Shown here: positions 13,001 through 24,021 of the stretch, piece by piece
How positions within the stretch are numbered: position 1 is the stretch's first letter
Layout: each line of letters starts with the position of its first letter
DNA from: Psilocybe cubensis
Lineage: Eukaryota
Assembly: GCA_017499595.2 (NCBI GenBank)
Contig: CM039002.1
Span: 806,001 to 870,000 of the forward strand
Reading direction: 5' to 3'
Length of the DNA stretch: 64,000 nt
Notes under the pieces: generated by a model
What the model was told of the DNA's origin: nothing
Databases searched by the model: none
Seen by the model: the letters and a program-made list of their open reading frames with translations, nothing else
Made by a program: the position numbers and the translations under genes

Positions 13001-13750
13001 CGCTCATGTCTGACGGTTGTTTAATCACAAAATCAAACGCAAAAAAAAGATCCTTACTTGCTCAGTGTCCAGGATTTAAGTACATCGTCTCCAGGAAGCC
13101 CCGAACCGTATCTATCGCGTTCTAGATAAAAAATGTTGTCGCTTGGTTTTATGTATAGCATTCCTGAAAAATAGAAAAACTGTCATTGCCGGCGGGTGAA
13201 TTACAGAAAGGGATCAATCACCTTGCATCTGTCCTTCTGCTGCAGTGCTCGGTACCTTCAAATTAGCGGAGTAATGGAATCTACGCCTCATCGCGTCCAT
13301 TGACCAATCGGCAATGCCCAGGATGATCCGGGCCTTGGGGTCGTCGACTTTAGGGTGAGATTCAAGTTCGTATAGCACCGGAAGCCGAGGGTCGCGTCCA
13401 ACAAGTTCCGTCATAAGGCGAGATCCAGCAGGAGCGCCAACTTCGATGCGGCTGACGTGAGAAGACGGAGTCGCATCCAATTGTTCAATAGTCGGACTGG
13501 TCTGAGGCGTTAGACGACGTGTCGTAAGGCTGGATCGAGAAGGAGAAGTATAGCTGCCCGCAGCTCGAGATGCAACATTCGATGGCTCAAAAGTTGTAGT
13601 CGTACGAGGCGTTCGGGGTTTAGAAACAGGAGCCGGTGTGGGCACTGACGCTAATACTCTGCGACGCAATACTGGACGGAGTGACTTTGGTGGAGGAGTG
13701 GCCGGCGCCGATGCAGTTGGGCGACTTTTACTTCTGGTCTCAGCAGGCAT
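10100..13750 (-). CDS. TET/JBP-family 2-oxoglutarate/Fe(II) dioxygenase-like protein (transposon cargo)
   Basis: ATG at 13750 and spliced exons. Core reads WQLNVA...GMAHVDAADS (HxD)...SVIFFSGLHFHGG (distal His)...YYRLTLIGYP (2OG-binding Arg), the order and spacing of the TET/JBP double-stranded beta-helix. Joining of the C-terminal exons is inferred from GT-AG sites. Confidence 0.7.
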
Positions 13751-14796
13751 CTTGGGCTGTGGGGAACAGGAAGGAAGGAATGAAAACAACCCTTGGTAGA
13801 GGAGCATTACCAATACAAAAGCACGTACCAGGACTCTTTTTGGGAAATTGAAATACAGAAGTGTCCGTTCCGCTGGGCTCCTAAAGCAGCCGTCTCCGTA
13901 TCCTCCTGCATATCTCGGGCACGCACCGATACTCGGCTTCCTTCATACCGCGGTTTCAAATTTTGCAGACCGCAAAGTATAGCCTACGCCATGAGAAAGC
14001 ACCGCTTGGGGGATCGAGAATAAAGACAAGTCACAGCGCGTAGCGCCCAGCGGAAGTCATTCCGCGTCCCAGAGGATTGCTTTCGTTCAAGTCTCTACAC
14101 TTAACCGGCCAGTACGTACATATTAATACCGTATGTAGATTCATGCACCCTCCCTACTCACCGATACGAATACGTATGCGATATGCGGCTATCGATTGGC
14201 ACATAATGTGTGATATTCTTCAACTGGATTTAATTTATATTATTTTGGATTCGAGACTGCGCTGGCCTACGGAAAAACCGCCCTTGGAATGATGTACGAC
14301 CTGCTTATCTGGGCTGGTTAAGATCTCCGTCCCGGTACAGATATGCTGATGATGACATACCGGGGCCAATCCATTGCGCGGGCTCTTCGATGTCGTCATA
14401 CGGTATTTATTTGGGCGCAAATGCAGTCTTTATTCTGGCCTAATCGAGTCAGTAATGCAGAAACCTGAAGATGAAGGCGCGACTTCTGCTTGCGTGCGCA
14501 CCTTATCTCTACCATTAGGTCGCCAGGCAGACTGCCCATCCGACGCGTACACACGCACGCAGTCGTACATGTACATGTTGAATTCTATAGCTATACTAGC
14601 TGCGTACGTATATATTTACCCGGTATAATCAAGCCTTGTTAATACACGCTAGCTACAGAGATGTACGAGATATTATATTTCTGCCTACTCTAGTAACTCT
14701 ACTAACTAAACCTTCCCCTATCGCACCGCTCATGCTGGAGGAAGAGAGAAGAGGGAAACCGTGCGAAAATGTTGAATCGGCCTACTTGACGCACGG

Positions 14797-14839
14797 GATT
14801 TCGAAATCCATGCCGAACACCGGCATGGATTTCGAAATC
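14797..14839. repeat. Perfect hairpin 1 (19-bp stem, 5-nt loop)
   Basis: GATTTCGAAATCCATGCCG-AACAC-CGGCATGGATTTCGAAATC. Confidence 0.95.
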
Positions 14840-15058
14840 GCCGGGTACTTATTCCCGATTCTGGCGATGATTGACTCTTTTTCCTTCCCCACTACCACTC
14901 AAACGCGTACGTTGTAGCAGCGCGCGTCAGACACAACAATGTCGATCGTAGATTAGGTAGCTTAGAACGTACGCGTTTATATACATAAATTTATAGTAAT
15001 ATGAACGCTATTCGTTCCTAGATCTGAAAACATATACGCGCATTAAATCACCTCGATC

Positions 15059-17705
15059 ATGAAGAGGGTTTGTATGTTAGGATATCGGAACAGATCAAAC
15101 ACTCATAGATTTGTTTAAAGCAGCGTTTAAATGCCCCGAGAAATGTAGCTCGATTTCTGGATGTAGAAGCGGGAGTTGATGATGGCGAGGAGGTGGACTC
15201 CAACGAGGAAGAATCTGACCAGGAATTAGAAAGTACGCAAGCCCTATAATCTTGACTATTATCCTAGGCTGCGCATACCGCGAAAGCCACCCTTACAAAA
15301 CAATCCCAGATGACTTTCTCGATGAACAGGAAGTGGATGGGCTAGACGTCCGCCCTCGGTCGCTGGATGAATATGCTCAAACAAACGATGAAGCCCTAGA
15401 GGCGTTGCTGCTGCGATCCAAGGAAAGAAGCCGTGCAGAATCAAACCGACGAAAATCAAACACTGTGGATGCAGAAGCAGAAGATGATATATTTTCCGCC
15501 AGTTTTTTGCCTGCATTAACTGCAACGGATTATCCCTTGTGGAAGGTGACTTGCCGCGTAAGTTCTATCCTAAGCTTCCCGTCTACTTTTTCTGTTGACG
15601 TTTCCGCAATATAGGTTGGCAGGGAAGAATTGGCAGTTGCGTCTCTACTATTCAGTACTCAGGATAAGCACAAAATTCGATCTGTTTTTGCTATTGAGAA
15701 GATGAAGGGATGTATATTTTTGGAAGCATTGTGGAATCTTGATACCGTCGATCTGTTGAAGAAGACTCCGGGAGTTTTGATAACCAAACGAGGCGTACAA
15801 GAATCATTGGTTTCACCTGATGATTACCGAGAAATACTTCGGGGACAAGGCAAAATCTCTTCTGCAAAACCAGGATCCTGGGTCGCCATCGCGAAAGGTG
15901 CATATCGAGGAGACGTTGCGCTGGTGAAGGAGACAGAAGGGAGGCTTGTACGCCTGTTAATGCTTCCTCGGCTTCCCTTACCAGGTACAAACAAGGCCAA
16001 CAAAAGAAGGAAGACGGAACGTGCTGGAGATTCTGTTCTTTGGACGAAGACTCAGTGGTCGGAGTGGTTAGACTCTCAAGGGCGCTTTGATCAGGTTGTA
16101 GAACATACGGCACACTGCTGGCAAATAGGAAATATTCTTTTTGAGAATGGACTGATGCTTCAAGACTTTGGACAGGACTCCATCAATGTTGTCGTCGAGG
16201 AAATGCCCTTTCGCTACTTCCAGCTTTTCCAGCAATCCACACACAGCTCACTGGACTCCTCATACATGCTACGCCCCAGCGAGTGGAAATTTGAACCCGG
16301 AGAGCGCATTCTGGTTGCAGGTGATGAAGGATCGCAATCTAGAGAGGCCTCTGTAGCTGTTATCCATCCGTATTATCTAGAGGTTGCATACCAGACCCAC
16401 GATTCGCCTAAGATCACAGATACCGCGCTAGTGCCCTGGATTCGCGTGACAAAATTGTTTCAACTTGGCGATTACGTTTCTGTACAGAGCGGGGAAAATC
16501 AGGGAACCGAAGGTTGGCTAATTGCGAAAACGGACGCGTCGGTCGTGATAGGACTTATCGACTCGAGCATTCTGACAATTTCAAGCTTGCAGGTTTTGGA
16601 GACTATACAGGTAGGACTTCTTTCCTTTTCGCCTTGACTAGAATTCCTAATAAAATATTCGATATAAAGACGGTAGAAGCGCCTATAAACTGGGTACATC
16701 TATCAAAAGCTCCTTTTCAACACCTGATGAAAGAGGACAAGAAAAAAAAAGTCACAATCCCTTCCGAGGCTCGTCATATTTGGTGTGATAGAGAAGTTTT
16801 GATAACAAAACAGCATCATCCTATGAAAACTCGCCGAGGAAAAGTGGTGGATGTTTTGCCTTCCGCCGATTCTGCACACAATATGAGATTATTAGTAGAG
16901 CTGTTGGATTACCACGCAGCTTGTCCTTTTCAAAAAATCCTTTTAAATCATGGAGACGTTATTGACATAAGGTCGTGATTTCAATTCTTACATTATGTGA
17001 AGCAGATGTTAATAAAAGTTTAACAGGACTCGCTTGCCTCTGGGAAATCGACACGCCCTCGAGGGGATATCTACCCTAGTTCTTCATAACCATGACAGCT
17101 CTGTCGACACTCAGTCCGCTGAACGATCTAGTACGCCTGTTCCCACCAGCCCAATCGCCGATGGGCAATGGGATCCATCAGCACCGTTGCCCCACGATCC
17201 TCAATCCTCAATGTCACCGTCGGAATTATCGCAATCCTCCCATGTTCTATTCAGCGAAATGCTAGTGGGACAGAAGGTCGCCGTCTATATCACGGGGGGT
17301 TCATTCAAAGCTTCGAAGCGACACTACTTTGTAACTATCGCTCGAGACGAAAGAAACCATTTTACATTCCTTTTGCTGCGCCAAAAAAGGCCATCAATGA
17401 CTCTACAGCCGGACTGGGTTACGCCGAAGCATCCCAGTGGGACTCACACTAACAACCTGATGTTTGTCGTTGATGGAGAGAACCGACACCAATTTGTACG
17501 CCGGATCGCTCAGCGAGACTTAATAAACCAATCCCCCATCCTCTTAGTTAATCCAGTAATGAGGAGGCAAGGGCAATCCGATATATTGTGCGGGGTTCCT
17601 TTTGAGGTAGAATCTACTGCATTAGTCATTGTGGAGGAGACAGAATTGGAGAGAAGTGCAAGAGATACGCTGATGGCAGAATTGAGAAAACCATGGCGCT
17701 GCTGA
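15059..17705 (+). CDS. Divergent Spt5/NusG-family transcription elongation factor paralogue (acidic N-terminus, NGN, KOW motifs); transposon cargo
   Basis: Spliced MKR/QRLNAPRNVARFLDVEAGVDDGEE. NGN: FLP..DYPLWKVTCR/VGREELAVASLL...IRSVFAIEKMKGCIFLEA...LVSPDDY. KOW: PGSWVAIAKGAYRGDVALV..LLMLPRL and FQLGDYVSVQSGENQGTEGWL. No clear C-terminal repeat array. Confidence 0.8.
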
Positions 17706-18059
17706 TATATCGATATGTATCTCACTCTAATGTAAATCGGCCGGACCCAAGTCGCGGAAACCAATATATTTGTTTATCAAGGCGTTTGCATTATATTACT
17801 GGCTTCTGAAACTAAAATGCATATCGCGACGTAAGTATCTTCCGGTTACGTTTGCTTCCTTGGATCAAGTGGCGTGGGCAATCTTTATGTTCACGCCAGC
17901 GAGCGCGTTGAGTTTTTTTCAAGCCTAGTTTCTTTCGCATCAGCTCTTTCCCCCTTGCCCACCTTTTGTTCGTACAATCCTCAGTCCTCGATTTAGGCCT
18001 TTGTCAATCATTGCAAGGTAGCTTATGTGCTTATCAAAGAGCTAGCATAACAATCTGAA

Positions 18060-18831
18060 ATGCGGGTTCGTTCTAGCTGCACTGCTCGTAGCAAACGGAT
18101 GTGTCGAACTCTCAATGTCTGCCACCGAGGGGACAAAAACACCGTGATTGCCCTGCTGGATCTCTGTTGTGACACAAAAAACTACCCCGGTATGCCCTTC
18201 ATCTTTCTCAGAAAGTTTACGCTGCTCATTGCCTATCCTCGCACGTACGCAGAGGGAGTTGAGGCGCTACAATGCTACCTACAAAGTTGCTTTGAAAACA
18301 ACATCGCGCTTTCACATGATGATGCGCAACTCTTCGCAGACTTCTTGCAAGACTACGTCCGATGTGCGCGCCGCTCTCTGGTATCAATTTCCAGACCTAG
18401 GACCATCCCACCGCCTGGGCCATCAGCTTTAGCACGCCTGCTCCTCATCGATTTCAAAAAGGATGACCTGATAGTTTCTTGCATCAAGGCCCTTGAGGTT
18501 TCTTTTGACCTCTCAAGGCTTGCACGACGTCGCACCCGGGCATATATTTTGGTCATGGTTCTGTAAGTCAAGGGCTGTCTATCAGCGCATTCTTGCTGAC
18601 TCTGAGCACCATTTAGAATTTCAACATTCCTTCTGGCTGTATCAGAGGCGGTTGAGAGGTCTGAAGGTCAGCACTACATCCTGCAATCTTTCAATTTTCT
18701 CCAACGAGCAACCCGTGAAGCTCGGCAAGCCGGTATCTCGCGTACAGACGCAATCTATGCAGTCATTCATTCTCAAGTTGGATCGCTTTTCGGCTCCCTG
18801 TAGCCGTTTTGTTGGCCGCCTTGAAGAATAG
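18060..18831 (+). CDS. Hypothetical protein(s), transposon cargo
   Basis: Overlapping ORFs 18060..18566 and 18493..18831 with no recognisable motif; gene model uncertain. Confidence 0.3.
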
Positions 18832-19420
18832 GTTTTGTCTTTAGTGTCAGTTGGTTATTGGTTTTCTCGGTCTTCATTTCTACCTACTATGTTTGCCTCA
18901 ACTGTCTTTCCTTAGGACAAGTTGTAGTAATTGAACTCTATTGTACGTGCTCCTGCATTCTATGCACAAAATATATTTGGGGCTCTTCGTTTGCTTGATC
19001 CATTGGCAAAGCGTTACTTACCAACGCCTCTCCCTCTCTAAAGCCTGTAGATCTGATCTGCTGCAAGTTAACTATGTTGAACCAAGCTGCTCAATGATGC
19101 CTTAACGTTAACTATGCATGATACGTACTTGTAGTGGGACAGCCGGTACCCCAGTATGTTGATGACCCTGTTCCGCTGACCAGTCATTACTAAAATATAT
19201 ATCACAATCGCCGTTAACTGCTCTTTTGTAATACCGGTTGCAAAGCCCTGAAACAGCTTTATAACCAAGCGCCTGTTGCTGCTTGCTGGTCCCATCTTTA
19301 TTACTTCGGCGCTGCTAATTCTCTGGCCTCCATCCAACTTAATCTCCTCAACAATTGGATCGATTTCTCTGATTCTAGTTGACTTGCTAATTAGCTAACA
19401 CAGCCCGATCCATAGTTGCT

Positions 19421-19747
19421 ATGGATGTGGCGCCTCAACATCGCGACCAACCTCGCGTCGATGTCCCAACTCCTGAGACAAACCCCTTTCCCGTCCTCTC
19501 AAATCTTAATGATACCCACTTCCAACATCAATTACTCTATCTGGCAATGACCTGCGATACGGTTTTCGGTCTCACCAGGGCGGCAAATGCGCTCCACAAC
19601 CTCTTGTTGGAGAACTGCGGGATTCTCGAAGAACAGATTATGACTTGCGGTCGATCCATGGTTGAAGAAGCGACTGAATTCGCGGACAACGACATTGTGA
19701 GGGCCTTTTCTCGCTGTGTGTTGGGCGTCATGAAGCACATCTTCTGA
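19421..19747 (+). CDS. Small hypothetical protein, transposon cargo
   Basis: 108-aa ATG-initiated ORF with globular-looking composition. Confidence 0.35.
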   Translation: MDVAPQHRDQPRVDVPTPETNPFPVLSNLNDTHFQHQLLYLAMTCDTVFGLTRAANALHNLLLENCGILEEQIMTCGRSMVEEATEFADNDIVRAFSRCVLGVMKHIF

Positions 19748-20007
19748 CCACTCCTTAGTTTGAACTTGCCACTATTGTTGCTGCTATCCCCTCAGTCAAC
19801 TTTCAACTGAACATGGATCTAATTCAAGATGCAGCACGCGCCGTCTATGTCGCAGCAGGTCTACGCCGAGACCTGGATGTACGTTTGAATTCCCATTCCT
19901 TTGATTCAAATTAACCGTAAGCTAACATTATGGGTCTAGGAAGCTTTGAAAATATGTAACTTGGCCTTGAAGAAGCAAGAGTGAATTATTTTTCCAAAGA
20001 TTATTTA

Positions 20008-23000
20008 TTATAATAAAGCGTCGTCGTCATCAGGTTCCTCAGGGTCACCTCCGTGAACAAATATAGTCCGCGAATACTCGTCACTTCTATCTACAATTGC
20101 CCACCCCTTCTGTTCTCGATATATTCTTCCAATGGCATTTGTGATTGACTGCAAATCAAGCGCTATTGTTGCCCGCTTGTCTGATTCCCTGAAGACCGTG
20201 AGGGTTGTTGCTGCATTTTTCCCGTTTGTTCTGTAGGGAGTCACAACAGCCAGCAGCCGAAGGGACCGCTTCCACAAGCCCCAGAAATCATCTCCAGGGA
20301 CGTTGAATTCAAGAATTAATTCCAAACGTCCGTAACAGATCTCTGCATTCTCATCGATAACATTATTATTCCGGTCCTTTGTCACGCCAAGTAGTTCATA
20401 CTGGCAGTAAATGTCATGCCCGCAGTTAATATATAATAATCAGTCACACTTAGGTATTTTCAGGGGGTAAATTGTCAAAAACGCACCTTCACCCAGGATC
20501 TGCTTCTTTTATTTTCAATTGCATGCTCTGAATGTACTTCTATCGTGTCCCCACCCATAATCCTGACTTTTCCCCAACTTACTAACGTCTGAGGAAGCCT
20601 TACTTGGATTGAGCGAGAGCTCTTCTTGATGATTGGGCTAATGTATTCCGCAATTCTTTGTCTAATGTCATGGCTTGGCTTATATGCTTTGTTTTGTGGC
20701 GCCATAAGGATAGAAAGTGGATCTAGTATTATATCAATTTGTTTAGGAAGTTGGTAAAAATTCTTATGGTCAACTCACACTGTGCATATAGGCGTTCACG
20801 TTCTTTCACTGAATCTCGCGTACTTCGAGAAGGAACCCCGCGCGCCTTTAAGTCATACAAGTTGTCAATCATAGAGAGATAAGCCCTGTTTATGACAGCG
20901 TTATCCATATTTGCCCATGGACTGACGTGGGATCGAAGTTTGTTTCTCATAAAACCGCAAAACCGCTCCATCCAAAACGTCCACGTAGCCCAGACAGGTC
21001 CACAATAGCGTATATTATCGCATAAGTGTAGCATGCCGTGAAGAGTCAATACACACATCGGCAGCCGGTCGTACTTATACTGGTAGTAAAGCCTGCAGAC
21101 GACATTGAAGACTGATTTCATGGAAAAACTGACTCATGCTTACTTTTCGTAATCCTGGACCCAGCTTGCAATGCCTATTTCGAGCGCGCTAAGATCCTCA
21201 CGCTTCATGGTCAAAGCTGTTAACTTTTTCATAATGTTAACCAGTCGAATGAAGTGCTGATAATAGATTTCTTTCTTGAATCTGTCCTTCAGAAGAAACG
21301 GAGCAAGGTATAAAAACCAAAATGACCATCCCTCTGCATTGAGATACTTCTTGTTGTTGTAGGGGTTTCCGAGTGCCCGGACAAAATACGAGGGTATCCA
21401 CTGGACGGCATATTCGGACTCTTTGGCAATTTCTTCCCATATATGCCCTGGGATTATGAAATCATACTCCTCCTCGTCATCAAAGCCCTTGAATGTTCCC
21501 AACCACAGATCTACAAGATTTTTGACTACATTTAGGAACAAGAGATGCATGTAGTCCCAGGGCATCCCTCGAGCGTAGTCCAGTGATTGCACACGCTGAA
21601 GTGCAGGCATTCCCTTAATTCCCGTTTGCATAGCTATCTCTCCTCGCCGCTGCGCAGTTGGCATTTGAAGCATTTTCTCTGTGGTAATTTGCCAGTCGAC
21701 ATGCTTTCGCAAAGGTAAATTCAAAGGATCATAAATTTTCTCACGACGGGTTGCCAACAGTGGCACATAATAGATCCCATTTCTTTTCCCGGCAGGCTTG
21801 TAGAGTGCTCCGTGGATTCGACATGATCTACATGGGCACAAGCCGTTGTGCCCTTTGATCTTGAGAAATTTTTCCATTGCGACAATATCTCCGGTTGTAA
21901 AAATGCAATAGGCATGGAGAAGAAAGATGCTGCGAGTAAGGCAATTGAAGGTTTTGATGCCTCTGGCTAGCGTTGCCAATTCCTCGTCAAAAGGATAAAG
22001 GAACGATGTCAGATTTTTGGGGGCATTTGGCCCTGGAACAACCCCTAGACAAACGACACGTGCTGAATGAGTCCTAACGTCTGATGGTAAGCTTAAGATT
22101 TGCACAAGTATGGGCATCGCGGATGGTCCACTTGGCCTATATTTGTAGAGGAGAAAGCTGTCCATACATAACGACAGTGCAATATCGGTAGGAGCGGAGA
22201 AGTATTTATGTGGAAGCTGTTGTCCGTCAACGACAACGTAAGTTCTACGCAATTTCTTGTAATGTCCGCAATCAAACACATCCTCAATATCGTCCGAATC
22301 TTCCTTGTTATCGTACACGTTCTGTCTATAAGACAAAAGGTTCGCCGTTTCTGGATTTGCAAAAAGTGCCTGGAGTTGCGGTGATAGTGGGATATAACGG
22401 AAAATTCGACGAGATCTGCCTCGCGAATCGAAGCGGGGTTCCTGGCAATAAAAACATAGATTGTCGTCCTTGAATTCTCCCGTGTAAGCCTTGCACGAAT
22501 TAATGCAACAATCGATTATTTGCGGCACAAGGTCTGACAACTTAGCCACACGATTAACCGTGGCTTTCCAAGAACTTAATGGCATGCGATGGACAAAATA
22601 ATAGCGCATATCATCATAGACGGCGCGGGAAAAATTTGACATGATTCGAAACCTGAAAGCCTGTATATGGTCTACGTCCTTTAATGTGAGACTGTGGCGA
22701 CCTGTAAAGCTTGCAGCTAAGTCAAACACATACTGAAAATCAAAGAATGTCAATAACTTACTATGCTCCATGACATCTATAAGGTCGGAGTTGCTGTCAC
22801 GATCACTCCAATCTGAAGTGTCCTCTACGTTCAGTTCCTCCTCAAGCGCGAACCTTGCGGCTATTTCGTCTTCCTCCACATATTCAAAGCTAAAGTCGTC
22901 TGGGTGGTCGGAACGTTGGCCGGGGCCCGGGATTGAACCATCACTGCCCGTGGTAGAATTTGAAATTGTGTCGAGGAAATCATCTCTATGGAGCAAATTG

Positions 23001-23715
23001 TCTGCACTGGCAGGGCTCTCAAGGCCGTTGTCACTTCTAGCAGGTGTTTCCGCGTTCAACCGTCGGATGGGAATGTGAGGGCTTGTATCTTTGGCCTCAT
23101 CCTCATCCGTCTGATGAAGTAAACCATCACTATAATGCAAATTTTCAAGACTGATAGGGGTATCAAGGCCGTCATCCCTTCTTGGAGGAATATCCACGTC
23201 CAACCGCAGGATTGAAGGCTGAGGGCTGGTATCATTTTGGGGTTCATCCTCATCCATTCGATGAAGGTTGCAGTTAACACGGAATTTCCCTTCCTGAAGA
23301 CGGCTTTTCTCATCCTCATCCATCTCACTAAGCTCTTCATTAGCATCGTATTCAGCTATGGATATATCTGAACGCCCCCCCGGCAAATCTTGTTCTATTA
23401 ATAGGTCTGAGTCGTTTATATCTGGATATCTGTGAAGTACTACAGATAAGCGTTCCATGCTTCATGCGATTTCGATGATACAACATACCCTGGACCGTAA
23501 CTTGAGCGATCCAAAGCGTCGGCAGAATAATCGGTTTCTTCCTCCGTGTCGGGGGGTGGTGTCCTTCCAACCCTCCTGTAATGTTTAGCCCGAGTTTGAC
23601 GCGAAATGGGCTTACCCATACTACGGCAGTCGAGTGCGCAACCACAAAGCACCTTTCCAGTTCTCTTTCGTCGGCGAGTCTGACGACGCTTGCGATGCCG
23701 GGTAGTGCGACGCAT
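20008..23715 (-). CDS. CACTA/EnSpm Tnp2-family (Transposase_21-like) DDE transposase
   Basis: N-terminal CGCALDC...SRQTRAKH; IDCCINSCKAY...CFYCQEPRF...FRYIPLSPQLQALF. Putative catalytic motifs LCMDSF, TGDIVA, WDYMHLLF and WTFWMERFCG. Also CPCRSC and LHGMLHL..IRYCGPVW. ORFs are joinable by GT-AG introns with no obvious disabling stop. Confidence 0.9.
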
Positions 23716-23974
23716 CGATAACTAACTTTACATACGTATATATACCAATTAAGTTGAAAGACAAGGCAGTACTTATGCATGAATGAAACCTACCGGCCGG
23801 TGCACGAATGATATGCAAGTGTTAGGAATATTGTTCTTATTGTATTTCTCAATCCTATCTATATACTAGTATCGTGTACTATTGAAGCTCACTAATTGTC
23901 GTTCGTTCGATTACAGTGTAAGAGGGGAAAGGAAGAAACCCTTCAAACACGTGCAAAGCAGGCGTAAGTACTCT

Positions 23975-24021
23975 GCGATTCCGAAATCCATGCCGACTTT
24001 CGGCATGGATTTCGGAATCGC
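23975..24021. repeat. Perfect hairpin 2 (22-bp stem, 3-nt loop), paralogue of hairpin 1
   Basis: GCGATTCCGAAATCCATGCCGA-CTT-TCGGCATGGATTTCGGAATCGC. Confidence 0.95.

Noticed and set aside
14797-14860. Hairpins as Helitron 3' ends or intrinsic terminators
   Set aside because: No CTRR terminus at the expected short distance, no Rep/helicase gene, no U-tract, and the genome is eukaryotic.
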